A DNA stretch of 63,780 nucleotides, filler included, from Peribolospora baueri (Eukaryota), in the NCBI GenBank assembly GCA_029717555.1. It is 3 parts of 3 records of this genome, joined end to end, with 100 filler letters (N's around TTAATTAATTAA, not from the genome) between each part and the next. Parts side by side here need not be neighbours in the genome. Positions count along the whole stretch, not along the records: positions 28,051 to 55,872 come from JAMDHS010000145.1; positions 55,973 to 63,780 come from JAMDHS010000190.1; 1 more part is not named here. One strand, 5' to 3'. The notes below the pieces were generated by a model. That model saw only the letters and a list, made by a program, of their open reading frames with translations, had not been told where the DNA came from and searched no databases. Position numbers and translations under genes: made by a program. Within the stretch, counting starts at the first letter, position 1. Each line of letters starts with the position of its first letter. This document shows positions 50,427 through 63,778 of the stretch, piece by piece.

Positions 50427-50682
50427 CGGTGGTGGTGATGAAGGAGAAGCTTGGCAGTCGTACGCACGAGCTCGAGCTGTGTGCATTGATCACGTCCGCC
50501 AAATGCCGCCTTTGTCCGGCTGATAACGGCTGCTCGATGGACGGCTGCATTATCTCACCGCGTGGGGAAGTCGAAACCACGACCACCGTTCACACCCGAC
50601 AGCCATCGTCGTCGTGTCCTCGAGTCCTCTCAAACTTCTCTTTTCTCTTTAACTTACCCCACGCGCGCAGAGCAGACAGGGG

Positions 50683-53600
50683 ATGGCCGTCGAGGACTTT
50701 GTCAGCCAGGGTGGGAGCGCCTCGCTCGGCGTGCCACCGGACAACCGCACCGCGCTCTCTCTCCCCCCTCCCTCCTCAGAAGGGCTTACAGAAAAGCCGC
50801 TGAAGGACCGTAAGGATCGCCCAGCTCTCCTTCGCGCTTCCACTGAGAGGATGCAACATTCGGTCGGAGAAGGGTCGACCGCGATTCCCCCTCCTTCATC
50901 TTCCTCGGCCTCCTTCTGCGCTCCCGATGACCCCAAGCAAGCGCTCCAGAGTCTCAGGGCTGTTCCAGAATCCTCAAAGGCGGCCAAGACGCGCCTCAAG
51001 GTGGCCGTGCTGGAACGGAGAGCTGAACAGCGCTATGCCATATTGCAGGGGGACGCCAGCGCCAAAGAACGTAGTGCGAGGAAGGATATCAAGATTGTTG
51101 TCGATTCAAAGCGGTATAGGGTCGCTACTGCACCCAGCCAAAACGAGGACGCCACCGTGCGGGTCACCGGAGGGACTAGCAAAAGAGAACATGAGATGCA
51201 GGCCGACGTGTTGAAGGACGCCGGTGTGGTTTTTCGTAATAGCAGGGTTCCCTCTGCCAGTCCTTTGACGGGAGAACCCGGTGAGAGACGGCCGCTGGAT
51301 TGAACTCCCGTCGACGCTTGATGGTACTGGCGAATTGCTCATCGGATCCCTATTGCGCCTTCCCTTCGCTTTTCCATTATACCTTGCAGTGCCTCCTCAC
51401 TACATTCATGCATGCTCTGCTCATTTCCGAGATACTTCCGGTCGAGCTCTCCTTCTCCGAGGCGTCAACTTTTCGGGATCTGCCAAAGCGCCTGTCGGCC
51501 AGCCGTCGGAGCAATTCGAGGGCTTTTGGGAGAAAGCCGAAGGCGGCGGCGAGAGTTTTGTCGGACAACCCCTGGATCTGGAGGATGGCAGCGCCGACGT
51601 ACACCTTCAACGGCTGCGTGCATGGGGATTTAACTGCCTCCGATGGGTCGTCACGTGGGAGTCTCTCGAACACGAAGGACCGTGAGTTTTCTTTAGTTTT
51701 CCGGTCCCACGTAGTTCTGAAAGCGATCTGCTAACGCTCTGTTGCTTTGCCTGTCTGACTAACTCAGCGACAAGTACGACGAAGCTTATATCGATTATAC
51801 CATTGCAGCACTTCGCAAGGTCAAGGAGTATGGCTTCAAGGTATTCATCGATCCGCATCAAGATCTTGTAAGCATTTCCCGTTGGACTTGTCATATCAGT
51901 TTCCTGAGATCCCCGCTGAATCAAATCGCTTTGCCTTCTTGTCTTCAGTTTTCTCGTTTCACAGGTGGTTCAGGTGCACCCTTCTGGACAGTCATTGCCT
52001 GCGGTCTCAACCCTCGCAACTTCACCGCCACCCAGGCTGCCTTCCTTCACTGCGAATGGCCGGGCCAGGAAGATCCTGATCCTTACAATTTCCCTGACAT
52101 GCTTTGGGCTACCAACTATAACCGGCTCGCCGCCATGACCATGTCCGTTCTATTCTTCGCTGGCAAAGCGTACGCCCCGAAATGCATCATCGACGGCATG
52201 AACATCCAAGACTACCTTCAGAGACACTTCCTGCGCGCCTTCAAGCATTTGGCCGAGCGTTTGCGGGACGCTGGAGACCTGTTCGACGAGTGCATCATTG
52301 GGTGGGACAACATGAACGAACCCAACCGTACGCTCGTCGGCATTCAAGACCTCTCCGTCATTCCAAAAGAACAGATGTTGAAGAAAGGCCCGACCCCAAC
52401 CCCTCTCCAAGCGATGCAGCTAGGGATGGGTAAGGCGGTCACCGTCGAGAATTGGGTATTCGGAAGTCTCGGCCCGAAGCGCGGAGGGCATGTAACAGTC
52501 GATCCGGCCGGGAAGACGGCTTGGCTCGCTCCGGAGACGGAGCCTGGAGGGAGGAACGAGAGGTGGAGCTGGACCCGCGATCCTGGATGGAAGCTGGGCA
52601 AGTGCGTCTGGGCGCTCCACGACGTGTGGGACGTCGAGACGGGCGACGTCTTGGAGAAAGATTACTTCCGATTCTATCGCCTCGGCGACGGCCTGGATGA
52701 CTCGGCTGGCTCACTGGAGAAGCGACAGGTCGACTTCGTCGCCGACTTCTGGCTTCCGCATTGGCGAGCTTACGCTTCAACCGTTCGTCCCGTTCACAAG
52801 GAGGCGATCATGTTTGTCCAGCCTCCTGTGTTTGAGCCGCCGCCTAAGGAACTCTCCGAGGCCGATCTCCAGTCGCGCGCAGCCCTCTCGCCTCACTTCT
52901 ACGATGGCTTGACCCTCATTACCAAGCACTGGAACTGGTTCAACGCGGACGCTCTTGGTTTGCTCCGCCGCAAGTATCCAGGCGTTCTCTTTGCGGTTAA
53001 GGTAGGCAACGCCGCCATTCGACAATGCCTCAGAGAACAGCTCGCCATTTTACGTCAAGACACTCTCGACGTTTTGGGTCGCTATCCGACCATGGTCGGC
53101 GAGATCGGCATTCCCTATGACTTGGACAACAAGAAAGCTTACTTTGGCTCTGACGGCAAGGGGGGCAAGGGAGCCGGAGACTATACCGCTCAATGCAGGG
53201 CGATGGACGCCAGTCTTAATGCGTGTGACGGGCGAAACGTGCTGAACTACTGCGTATGGACATATTGTCCCGACAACTCTCACAAATGGGGTGACCACTG
53301 GAACGGGGAGGACCTCAGCATCTGGAGTGCTGATGATGTCAAGGAGCGCAAGGGAAGCAGTCCACATTTTTTGCAGCAGCCTGAAGGTGAAAAGAGTCTA
53401 GCGGAGAGCGCGGACACCATCGCTGCCCCAAGCCCTCTCTCTGCTACTAGCCCGGCTGGTGACAAGTTGGGCAATGGCGCGTCTGCACACTTGACGGACA
53501 AGACGTATTCCTCGACTGCCTCCTTGGTGACGCTCGCCGACCCGACAAACCTTGCAGCCCCTCATCTGACCGAGTATACCATCCCCTTCCTCACCAATGG

Positions 53601-54270
53601 ATCTCGTGCGGCAGCCGCGTTTTGTCGGCCGTACCCGACCGCTACGGTCGGGACGCCTCTAAGCATTGATTTTGACATCAAGAGCTCTGAGTTCAAGTTC
53701 TCCTTGTCAGTCACGCCCAACGACGTACAGGACGAAGGTCTACCCACCGAAATATACGTCCCCTTCGTTCACTATGCCAGTGACGTTTATTTGGGAGATG
53801 CAGCTGGTCACTGCGGAGGAAACCCAATCCGTGCGGGAACGGAAGATGTCGAGCGCGATGTTGGGAAGGAACTGTCGAAGCAGAGCACGACGGCGGAGTC
53901 GCTCGGTCTGCCACTCAGCGAGGGACGCTACGATGACGCTTTCCAGCTCGACCTGCACGTCGAAGTAACCGCTGGGCGGTGGGAGGTCCAAGGGCAGAGG
54001 CTGCTGTGGTATCTCCCTCCAAACGCCTGCGAACGCGGCCGCGGCCTCGACGATGACGACACTGGAGACATGGAAGACGGACCTTTCATTGAAGCGGGCG
54101 ACGGCGAGGCGGTCCAGACGGACCTCACCGGCCAGGGAAAGTACCACGGAGGCGAGACGACGCACACGATCATCGTCCGCCGCAAAAGCGGGCCCATAAG
54201 CTTCGAGGAGAACCTGGGCGCCTGGGACGCGCTTTACGAGCGGGCCTTTGAACTGTGCAATCTTCTTTAG
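50683..54270 (+). CDS. GH5 endoglycoceramidase-related glucosidase (EGH1/EGCrP family; sterylglucoside or glucosylceramide hydrolase), spliced
   Basis: GRALLLRGVNFSG, VTWESLEHEGP, FIDPHQD, FSRFTGGSGAP, catalytic NMNEP and GEIGIPYD, and WGDHWNGEDLS. Intron 51281-51389 joins ORF 50683 in frame. Confidence 0.9.
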
Positions 54271-54516
54271 ATTCGAACAGGTCTATGGGATTTCTGGTCT
54301 TTTGAGGGTTGGTGGTCAGCGTCAAGTCGTCATGGCACGCCTTGATATCTTCTCTGTTATGTGGGCGTTAGTCTTTCCTTGTCTTGTATTTCATACCATC
54401 TGTGGTCTGTGGACGTCGATCTTCCCCTGTCTTGTATTCTCTCGCCATGTCATGACCTTTTCCGATAGTCGAGCATTCCATCCCGCACAGGATACTTGAT
54501 CAGTGTCCGCCCCAAC

Positions 54517-55344
54517 TTAAGAGAGAGGCACCGTTGCGAGCACCTTCCACTCCTCGGGCCTCCCCTGCGTGCTGACGACCAAGACGTCGCGAGAGATGAA
54601 ACTTTTTACGCCCGCGACCTGTGCCCTGCTCTCCGTCCTCTCTTCCTCCACGAGCTCCCCGTCCACGTCTTCCACCTCACCTCTGTCATGCATGCTGACG
54701 ATGGTTTGCCGCCTTTGCTCGGAGGTGAGGTCGCCGTAGACAAGAGAGAGGTGAGGGAAGTAAGGAGGCTGGGAGGCGGTCTGCGGGAAGACTTGGCGCA
54801 TGCGGGCGTTCAGGGAGACCAATGGCTGGGTTGGTGAGACGGCGGCGAGGACGCACTGCTCGATATAGCGGGGAGAGGGGGCGAACAATCAAAATACAAG
54901 CCGAGTTCGCCGTGGGCACAAAAAGAGCGTCTACGACGCTTACCTGGAAGAAGGAGCTGCCCTCTCGGACGTCCATCAGTTCGAGCTCGAGCCCGCCGCC
55001 CACAACACCTCCTCTCGGCTGCCACTCCTCCCTCCAAGCCTCCACGGCCTTCCTCACGCGCTCCTCCACTTCTTTCACATCCATATCTTTCAAGCCAGGC
55101 AACAGAGTGACGTGCGGCTCAAAAAGAGGAGTGGAAGAGCGTTTGCTGAGGCTGGAGAGGAGGCCGGAGAGAGAGACGAAGGTGGGTGAGCAGCGAGGCG
55201 GGGAGAGCCAGAGGGAGACGCCTGTGAAGGTGCCGCCGGCGGAGCGGTAAAGGTCGTCCGCTGGACGCGGTGGTAGGGAGTGAGTCAAGAGAGAGGGACG
55301 ACCTTGGCTCTGGCAGCCACATGGAGAGGGATTTCCTCACCCAT
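54517..55344 (-). CDS. CPD1: 2',3'-cyclic nucleotide 3'-phosphodiesterase (2H phosphoesterase), spliced
   Basis: GVSLWL plus two HxT/S motifs, FEPHVTL and YFPHLSLVYG. Short first exon ATGG|GTGAG. Confidence 0.8.
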
Positions 55345-55499
55345 CGTATCGTGTCTCTGGCCTTGATGTTGATGTCAGTGCGATTCGCGGTGGTCGTCGA
55401 AAGTTCAATATTCACATCACACATAATACACCATCATCCGATTCGGATCGCGCTGTGTCACCACGGATCTTCAATTCTTCCCCGTAATAGTTCCAGTAG

Positions 55500-55872
55500 G
55501 CAAGCATAAAACCATAGATCATCACACATGTATAAACATTCATACTCAAAAAAGTAGACGCTCATAAACATTGCCGTTAACATTCCCGTATTTATATGTA
55601 ATATCAAAAGTATGGTGTAGGTCTTCATTCGTGACGTCATATATTCCTTCACACATCAACTGTGGACTGCTTTGGGGCTCGATATCATACAGCTACGTCG
55701 TTCTCCAAATGCCAGACTCTTCCATCGTCAAGGACTGATTACCTAAAAGTTCATCATGGCCATGTTTGCCGAACCTCGCTACGCCAAGAACATCAACTTC
55801 GCGCGAAGTCTTTCACGACCCCCGTGCGCCTAGCATCCAAAGAGACTTGTTTAGAACAACAGTCCGGAATAC
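55500..55872 (+). mobile_element. Third copy of the decayed repeat, at the contig end
   Basis: 55725-55872 is the near-identical reverse complement of ~29705-29855. The upstream part is AT-rich. Confidence 0.6.
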
Positions 55873-55972
55873 NNNNNNNNNNNNNNNNNNNNNNNNNNNN
55901 NNNNNNNNNNNNNNNNTTAATTAATTAANNNNNNNNNNNNNNNNNNNNNNNNNNNNNNNNNNNNNNNNNNNN
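55873..55972. other. Artificial contig-join spacer
   Basis: 44 N + TTAATTAATTAA + 44 N. Confidence 0.95.
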
Positions 55973-56419
55973 TTTTTTACCTCGTCGGTCTCCTCCGGAA
56001 GCGGTTGGGACGAGGACATCACACGTGTTTCATCACTCACCGTTCGTTGCTCTCGCATGGTCCGTACCGTATCTATCGACGGCTCGCAGACGCTCACACA
56101 AGAGCCTTCAGGATTGTCGACAAAGGCCGAGGAAGACGAGGCGCCACGGGCGTTCGACTCGGTCCTCACGGGTCTGCGAAAAGCATACCCGCGGGAGAAG
56201 ATGCAAGAGATCTCCACTTCGTTCTGCTTCATCTGCCTCTTGCACCTCGCCAACGAGGAAGGGCTCAAGATTTCCGCCGCAGACGGGGAGACGGGGGAGG
56301 AGGAGAAGGAGAGTTCCATCGTGGAGGCTGAGCTTGGAGAGGAGAGCGAGGATAGGCCGGTCGGGCGCTTGGAGAAGCTGACCATCGTCCGGGATCGAGA
56401 GGCTGAGAGGAGCGAGTGA
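55973..56419 (+). CDS. BRN1: Condensin kleisin subunit (Cnd2/Brn1), 3' fragment
   Basis: FDSVLTGLRKAYPREKMQEISTSFCFICLLHLANEEGLKI, the C-terminal kleisin motif. The 5' part is missing at the gap. Confidence 0.85.
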   Translation, partial: FFTSSVSSGSGWDEDITRVSSLTVRCSRMVRTVSIDGSQTLTQEPSGLSTKAEEDEAPRAFDSVLTGLRKAYPREKMQEISTSFCFICLLHLANEEGLKISAADGETGEEEKESSIVEAELGEESEDRPVGRLEKLTIVRDREAERSE

Positions 56420-58005
56420 CGTGTGAACGGTCAGGTGGACGATAGACGGCCACCACGCCTCTCTCTCTCTCTTCCCTTTCCGTCGGACGCCATTCCCCCC
56501 TTTCTCCTTCCAGGGACCATGCATACTGTATGACGACGACATTCCTAGTGCTGACGATCAGGATAACTACATACTACCACCCTGCCCCGAGTGGGCGAGA
56601 CCGTGGCGCGACCGTTTCCTCCACAAGCACACGCACGCGACCATGTGTCGTAGGTCCTTACTGCGACCCAAAGGATTTGGCCCTTGGATGAATGCGGTGT
56701 TCGTGATCGAGGAAACGAGCCCACCCGGCAGAGACACTCGGGATTCGCTGGGACGGGAAAAGGCTGCTGGCGCTGTCCTTCGCACGACCGGTGCATACGC
56801 TAGGCCATGGCGGAGGGAAAGCCCAAACCGGCATCGCGGCATGGTATTGGCCGCAAGCGGTTGGCGCTCTGCCGTCCAAGCTCGAGCTCGTTCGTCCCAG
56901 AACGAGCTTGCGGAATGCGGAAGCACCAGACACCTCCCATGTGGAGCTCCACTCCACATGCCTCTCTGCCTTCCTTCCGGGTCTACGAGCTCGGCGACCA
57001 AGACGAACGAACGGACGACCATGGGGCGGCGTCATGGAACGCGTTGGGAATGGCGGGTCACGTGGCAGCAAAGTGCGCCGAGGTAAATGAAGCATTTATA
57101 GTGCGTCGACCTAGTTACAGCGCGGATATAGGGCACGTGACGGGACACGTTTTACGGTAGCGATCTCACGTGCGTCCCACCACCCTATTTTCCTCGCCGC
57201 GTCGGATGAGGTCGGTGAGCCAACCACGTCCAGCCATCTGCTTCCCAAACACCTCCAGGAACCATCTCAGACGTCGTCATCGATCCGCGATCCCGCTTCC
57301 GGAGCCGGGCCGGCCGGTCGAGGTAGCAGACGGCCTATGGATGCTGCCGTTGTTTCGCGTGTCTGGCGAGCCAGTGAAAATTTTCTCTTTTCCTCCCTTT
57401 TGCGCTACCACACCGCTCCCGGCGCCGGCCCGCCCCTACTCACTGCGCCCCGCGTTCAGCTAAATTTGTGAGGAGTAGAGAGCGCGTCAGCGGCCAGGGG
57501 GGGGGAAGGGAGTGGGAGTAGGAGTAGGAGTGGGGAGTGGGCGTTCGGCAAGACGAGCGCCGTCAGAGACGACGCCTGAGTCTAACTGGCTTCTTCGTTT
57601 CACTAGTGTGCCATCTTCCAGGCCGGCGGCCCGGAATGATCGCGGGACTGGGCAGCGGATGCGAAGCCGGACGGCGTCTTGATGCGGAGCGAGCATTGCG
57701 ATCTTTCTTCGAGGCAGCATCATCATCATCCCATTCGTCCTCGGCTCATCTCTCTCTTCCTTTTGCGTCGCCTCACTCTGGTCTCTCTCTCCCCACTGTG
57801 CTCACTCGCCGAGACCTGACGTCGTCGAAGCGCTGCCCTTATATCGGCTCACGTACCTGCCCGCCTCTCTCCCCCCTTCCATCTTCTCCTTACCTACTCA
57901 CCTTGCTTCTCTCGCCCCATCGTCCTTTCCTTCCAACCGGTCGCTGCTCACAGCGACGCTCCCTAACACCGTCCTCTTGTCCCTACACCACGACTGGACA
58001 ACGAG

Positions 58006-60244
58006 ATGTCCACCAAATCCACCCCCGCTTCCAAGCTCTCCAAGCTGGAGGCTGACGACTCGGCGCGCGCTTCGGTGCGCGCCTACGACGCTGGCGACTT
58101 GGAGAAGGTGGACCTTGAGAAGCAATCTGATTCGCCCTCTCCCGACGACATCGACACCGGTACTGCCGCCGTCGGCACAGCCGGACCGGCTGTCGACGAC
58201 CTCAACAAGGTCAAGTCAGGCGATGACTTTGACGAAGTGTTCGCAAAGCCCACCGACGGCGGCGTCGATTATCGCTCTGTCAGCTGGTGAGCATATTGGG
58301 TCCTTGTGCACGACGAGGACGGCAGGCGCTGTGCATAGCTGGGCGTACCGTGGCATGCAGCTGAGTGCAGTGACCACTGGAAGGGCGTGTCTGCGCAAAG
58401 TCTCAGATTGCAAGCCTGCCGGATGCTCGCACCTGCGCGTTTGGTTTGCTGACCTTCCTGTCTCCTACGGGCCCCCTCTTTTGCATCTCTTACTCGCGCA
58501 GGACCCGGGCGGCTGTCCTGCTCGTCAAGGCCCAGTTTGGTATGGGCGTCTTGGCCGTACCCGCCGCCATGAGCGCCCTCGGCGCCGTGACTTGTGTCAT
58601 CATCATCCTTGTCATCGCGGCCTTGACGACTTGTGAGTGACTTTGCCTCAAAGCGACCCAGCCGATAATCATTGATGCGCACTTTCTTCTTCTGTTTTCT
58701 ATTCGTGTTTCTCCCCCCCCCCCATGCTCACAGATGGTGGCATGGTCTATGGCCAGTTTCGTTTCCGCCATCGCAGCGCCCACAGCGTCCAGGACATTGG
58801 CTTCATCATGGGTGGTAAATGGCTTCGAGAGGCGTTCGCGGTGGGATACTGGGGTATCATGGTCTTGTGAGTATTCTACCCGTCCTTGTCTCACCGCGTG
58901 GCTACTTCAGTAATGCATTCCCCCGTCGCCCACGACTGACGCCTGCGACGTTCTGCCGCACTCGGAACGCGTCTCTTTCACAGCTCGGCCTCCGGCGCCA
59001 TCTTGTCGCTGACCGTTGGCATGAACGTCCTGTCTGACCACGCCACCTGCACCATCGTGTGAGTGGCCGAGCCGTCCACTGACATCGTCCGAGGTGTCCA
59101 CTGAGCCTTGCTTCACCCCTTCCGCCGCAAACAATTAGTTTCGTCACCGTCGCCGCCGTCGTGGTCGGCGCGTTCGCAAGCATTCGCACGCTGAACAAGA
59201 TCTCTTGGCTTGGCTGGATCGGTCTCATTTGCATCACGACCGCCGTCTTCATCGTGACTATTGCCGTGGGCGTGGAGGTAAGACCTTGCTCTTGTTCTTC
59301 CGTCTCTTCCTTGAGAGTGTGGAGCCCCTAACCCTCGCGATCGTTGTCTCAGAAAACCCCGGCCAAGCAACCCCCCGGTGTGCCCAAGATTATCAAGGCG
59401 TTCGGTCAACCTACCTTCCAGGAAGCTATGGCCAACATCGTCCAGATTCTCACCGCCTACGCCGCCTCGCCTGCCTTCCTTCCCGTGATCGCCGAAATGC
59501 GCGACCCGAAGGACTACCCCAAGGCACTCTATCTCTGCCAGGGCTTCGTGACGGTCATGTACATTGCCATCGGCATCGTCGTCTACTACTACGCAGGCCA
59601 GTTCGTCGCTTCTCCCGCCCTCTCCACGGCCGGTCCAGTGATCGCAAAGGTCAGCTACGCCATCTCTCTCGTCGGTCTGCTCGCCTCATCCGTCATCTTC
59701 AGCCACGTCTCCGCCAAGCCGCTGTTCGTGCGCTTCCTCAAGGGGTCCAAGCACCTGCAGAGCAACTCCTTGGTCCATTGGTCCGTCTGGCTCGGATGCG
59801 TCTTCTTCTGCGTCTTCATGGCCTGGATCCTCGCCCTTCTCGTGAGCATCCTCCTTCTCCCTCCCTTCCCGACCCTCGCTGCCGCGCCGAGACCGTCCAC
59901 TGACCCCCTCCTCGTCTTCTTTACGCTTTCGTGTCGGTCCGCTTGCGAAGATCCCCTTCTTCGACAATCTCATCGGACTGATCGGAGCCCTTTTCGGTTC
60001 CTTCTACTGCCTCACCCTTCCGGGATGGTGCTGGCTCTGGGAGACGCGTCGGCTCCAGGGCGGCCAGCTCTGGCGACGGCTCCAGGGCGTCCGACAGCAG
60101 GCGCTGTTCTTCCTCAACTGGTTCATGGTCATTTCCGGCCTCTTCCTGCTCGTCGGCGGCGTCTACGGTACCGCGGTGGCCATTCAGCAGAACTTTGACG
60201 CTGGCCTGGTCGGCCGGCCGTTCTCGTGCGCTAACAACGTGTGA
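58006..60244 (+). CDS. Neutral amino acid permease (AAAP/Aa_trans, Mtr-like), spliced
   Basis: VDYRSVSW, VKAQFGMGVLAVP, FASIRTLNKISWLGWIG, AFLPVIAEMRDPKDY, VASPALSTAGP and IPFFDNLIGLIGALF, ending FSCANNV. Confidence 0.9.
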
Positions 60245-60699
60245 AGAACGTCCGTCCATCCATCCATCCGGCCTCCTTTCTCTCGCCGCTTTCGTTCGCT
60301 GTACTTTACACCCGGCCCTCTTACCGCTGCAATAATGTGTTGTATATGGTTCAGTTCATACTGGGGTCCCCTCAGATGAGTGGCGAGATTCGACGTCGCG
60401 GGGGCATGTCTGGTCCTGCGTCTGTGCCAGCTCCATGACCTTCTTGACGTCCTCTGTACGGTCATGAATCATGGTGGGGAAACAGGAACGGATCAGAGTC
60501 ATGAGCGTACGACGGCGCTCGAATAGCCACCCACCCACCGATGCCCTTGAGTTCTGGCGTCGGCATGGGGTGCATGAACGTGAGCATGAGCTCGAGCGTC
60601 TTGGAATCCTGTCGACAGTGACGGCGAGGGGCGGGAGAACGACGGAAAGGAGGGAGGGCGAGTGAGCGAGAGAGAGAGAGAGCGACAGCCCGACCGTCG

Positions 60700-61014
60700 G
60701 TCGACGCCACTCACCTCAACGACGGGAACGGTGGGTTCACACCCCCACCGCCCAGTCCCGCCCCGTTTCGCGTCGCCGACGCAACGGAGGTCGGCTCTGG
60801 AGCCAAGGCGGACCTCCTTCTCAAAACCTCCGACGGCGTCGCCTTCCCCGTCAACCGTGCGCCAATGGGCAACAGCGCCGTGTTCCGCGACCTCCTACAG
60901 GCTCCCAACATAGCTGACGCCGCTCGCTCCGGTGCGAATCCGCTGCAGCTTGCATTCGAAGACGGAGACGCCGCCGCGGGTCAACTCGATGGAGAAGATT
61001 TCGAATGGTCCTGA
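60700..61014 (+). pseudogene. BTB/POZ-domain gene fragment
   Basis: ADLLLKTSDGVAFPVNR...SAVFRDLL matches the start of fungal BTB domains. No in-frame ATG is seen upstream of the domain, and there is an early TGA at 61012-61014. Confidence 0.5.
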
Positions 61015-61712
61015 GGTCGGCTGAGGCCGCAGCAGCCTATCGTCGGGGGCACGTAAAAAACTGATCTCATCTCGTCGGAGACGGCGAATGGGTTGAAGAC
61101 GAGACGAGATCCACCGTCGATTTCTGGCTCAGTTCTCCATCCGCTCCTCCTTCGCACGCGAGCGCTCGGCCATCGACGCATCGTTCGACGACAGCGGTGT
61201 TCGGCCAGGTGAGCTTTTTGATTGTGGCGAGTAGGCACGAGCCGTGTGGAGAGATGGTTTCTCCGTGGTCGCCCGCCAGCGGACGGAAGAAGTGGGAGCG
61301 ATAATGGATTTTCTCCTCGCTCGCATCGCAGACGGCACACCATCACACACGCACGGCCTTGCCCTTGCCTTCTCGCACGACTGTAACGCGGCCAGCACGC
61401 TCACTTCTCCCCTCTTTTTTCTTCTTCCCCCGTCTCGCTCGCCGTTCCAGCTTTGTCGAGCTTGTTGGTCAGACCGCCGCCACTCGCTCGCCTCGGCATC
61501 TAGCTGCACTCGAGGCCGGGCCTCACGTGACGAGGAAGAAGGCGACTCCGGCAACGAGTCGAGTCCCAGCCTCCTCCACCTTGGCGCGACCGCCTCCATC
61601 CAGTCCGACCTTCTCTCTCCACACGGAGACTACCTGCCTTGGTCCCCTCGCTCTCGCTCTCCCGCCCTCTCTTCCACCTCGACCGGGACAAAAGCACTCC
61701 GGGCGAGCGGCA

Positions 61713-63206
61713 ATGGAGACAAAGGAAGCGGTGCGACCGACTCCATCCTCCGTAGAGGAGATCGACTACGAGGGGCTGCCGGAAAACACGCCGCTGATGG
61801 TCAACATGATGGCCGGCGCCCTGGCCGGCATCTCAGAGCATGCCGTTATGTTCCCCGTGGATTCCATCAAGGTGAGCGACACTTGGCTGCACGCGCTGGG
61901 GGAAAGGAGGAGGGGGATGTTCGCGCGCACATATACCAGCGTGGCGCTTTCCTGGTGGTGGCCTTTTATGTCTTCCTTCGCGTGTGATCATCTCACCTTG
62001 TATCGCCATATCGTCCGTCTGTCATCGCCTTCTTCCCGCCCGCATCCATTGGCTCGCCTTCATTCCCCAACTCCGTTCGGATCTCCAAGACCCGAATGCA
62101 AGTCTTCACTACCTCGCCTACCGGCGTGTACTCGGGCATCGGCGAGGCCTTCTCCCGCATCTCCTCCACCGAAGGCATTCGCGCTCTGTGGCGAGGTGTC
62201 GCCTCTGTCATCCTTGGCGCCGGTCCGGCTCATGCCCTCTACTTTGGAACGTACGGTAAGTGGTCCACCCCTCTTTTTCACCGAGTTTAGGGACCTCGAA
62301 CTCACCTTTATCGATTTCGCCGTCGCTTTCTCAGAGCTGATCAAGGATGAGACCGGCGGGAACCGAGAAGGACATCAGTTCGTCTCTACTGGTGAGTTCC
62401 ACGACGATGGTTGTCTCCTCCTCCCGTTCGTCCGCTCTTGCGCTGGCAGTGGCTTCCTGCTCACCCGCTGACTTGAATTTAATGAACGTAGCAACAGCCG
62501 GGGCTGCAGCTACAATCGTGTCGGACGCGTTCATGAACCCCTTCGACGGTGAGTCCTTCGTTTTCCGCTGGAGCTCGAAGCTAGCCGCATAGTTTCTGAT
62601 GACCACCTTCCCCATCAAACCTTCGCTCTCCAGTCATCAAGCAGCGAATGCAATTACGGGGCGCCGAGTACGGGACCGTGCTCAATTGCGCCCGCCAAGT
62701 CTACCGCGCCGAAGGACTCTCGGCCTTCTACGTCTCCTACCCCACTACCCTCACCCTTACGGTTCCCTTCACGGCCGTGCAGTTCAGCGCGTACGAGTGG
62801 GCCAAGAAAGTCCTTAACCCGTCCGGTTCCTACTCCCCTCTCACCCACATCGCCGCCGGCGGCTTCGCTGGCGCCGTCGCCGCCGCAGCCACGACACCTC
62901 TCGACGTGGCCAAGACACTGTTGCAGACACGAGGCACGAACGAGGATCCGGTCATCCGACGGGCGAGCGGATTAAGGGATGCGTACAGGATCATCGCGGC
63001 GCGAGAAGGTTGGAGAGGTTTCTTCCGCGGCTTGACGCCCCGCGTGCTGTCGTTCATGCCTTCCAACGCTCTCTGCTGGGGTGAGTTTGCATTCTACTCA
63101 CCGTTTCTCTGTCTCTCGAGATCGGTCCTCACTCTTTCTTCTCCTCCGTGCAGTCTCTTACGAGGGTTTTAAGTGGTGGTTGGCCAAGAACCGAATCACT
63201 ATCTGA
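61713..63206 (+). CDS. MRS3: Mitochondrial iron carrier (mitoferrin, MRS3/MRS4 type), spliced
   Basis: DYEGLP...MMAGALAGISEHAVMFPVDSIK|TRMQ, GAGPAHALYFGTYE, DAFMNPFD and AFYVSYPTTL...PFTAVQF, with three carrier Px(D/E)xxK motifs. Confidence 0.92.
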
Positions 63207-63733
63207 GTCTACTTGCCGCCTCGCTCGGTGGTATCTCCTTATGGTCCATTCCAGGCCCGTCGAGCCTAATTTGGCATTTTTCGTCTAGCCAAAGTCCGGC
63301 AGCCACAGGCGCAACGAACGTAGTTCGCTAGCCAGACCTCGCCTACCAGCGTCCTCTTCCTCTAGCACTTGCACACCCAGGCGATCGACATCGTCTCAGT
63401 CTCGCTCTTTCGAAATACCTCTAATCACTTTTTTAGAGCCAGAGCACCCGCAAGCCCTCTTCCCTATGACCCCCTTCTCATGAGCTGAACACTGGAGCTC
63501 GAGTCACGTATCTTTCTTTCAACCTTTCCCACTCAAGTCGTGCACCTTTTCACGCCGGCCGCGTCGGTCTAGCATGTCCCCTTCTATGTAAAGTAGCACC
63601 TCCCAAAAATCGCCTGCTTAGCGCCACGTCGCGCACCTGCACTCCTGTGTGTCTTCGTCTATGTGAGGCGCCTCGATTCGTGTGCAATGAGATGAGAGGC
63701 AAAATCCTGACAAAAACCAAACCATACGGAACT

Positions 63734-63735
<2 letters not shown>

Positions 63736-63778
<43 letters not shown>
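63736..63778. repeat. Poly(T) tract, ~43 nt
   Basis: Directly visible at the window end. Confidence 0.9.

Noticed and set aside
50683..51303. Separate 206-aa gene upstream of the GH5
   Set aside because: The GT-AG intron 51281-51389 joins it in frame to the glucosidase.
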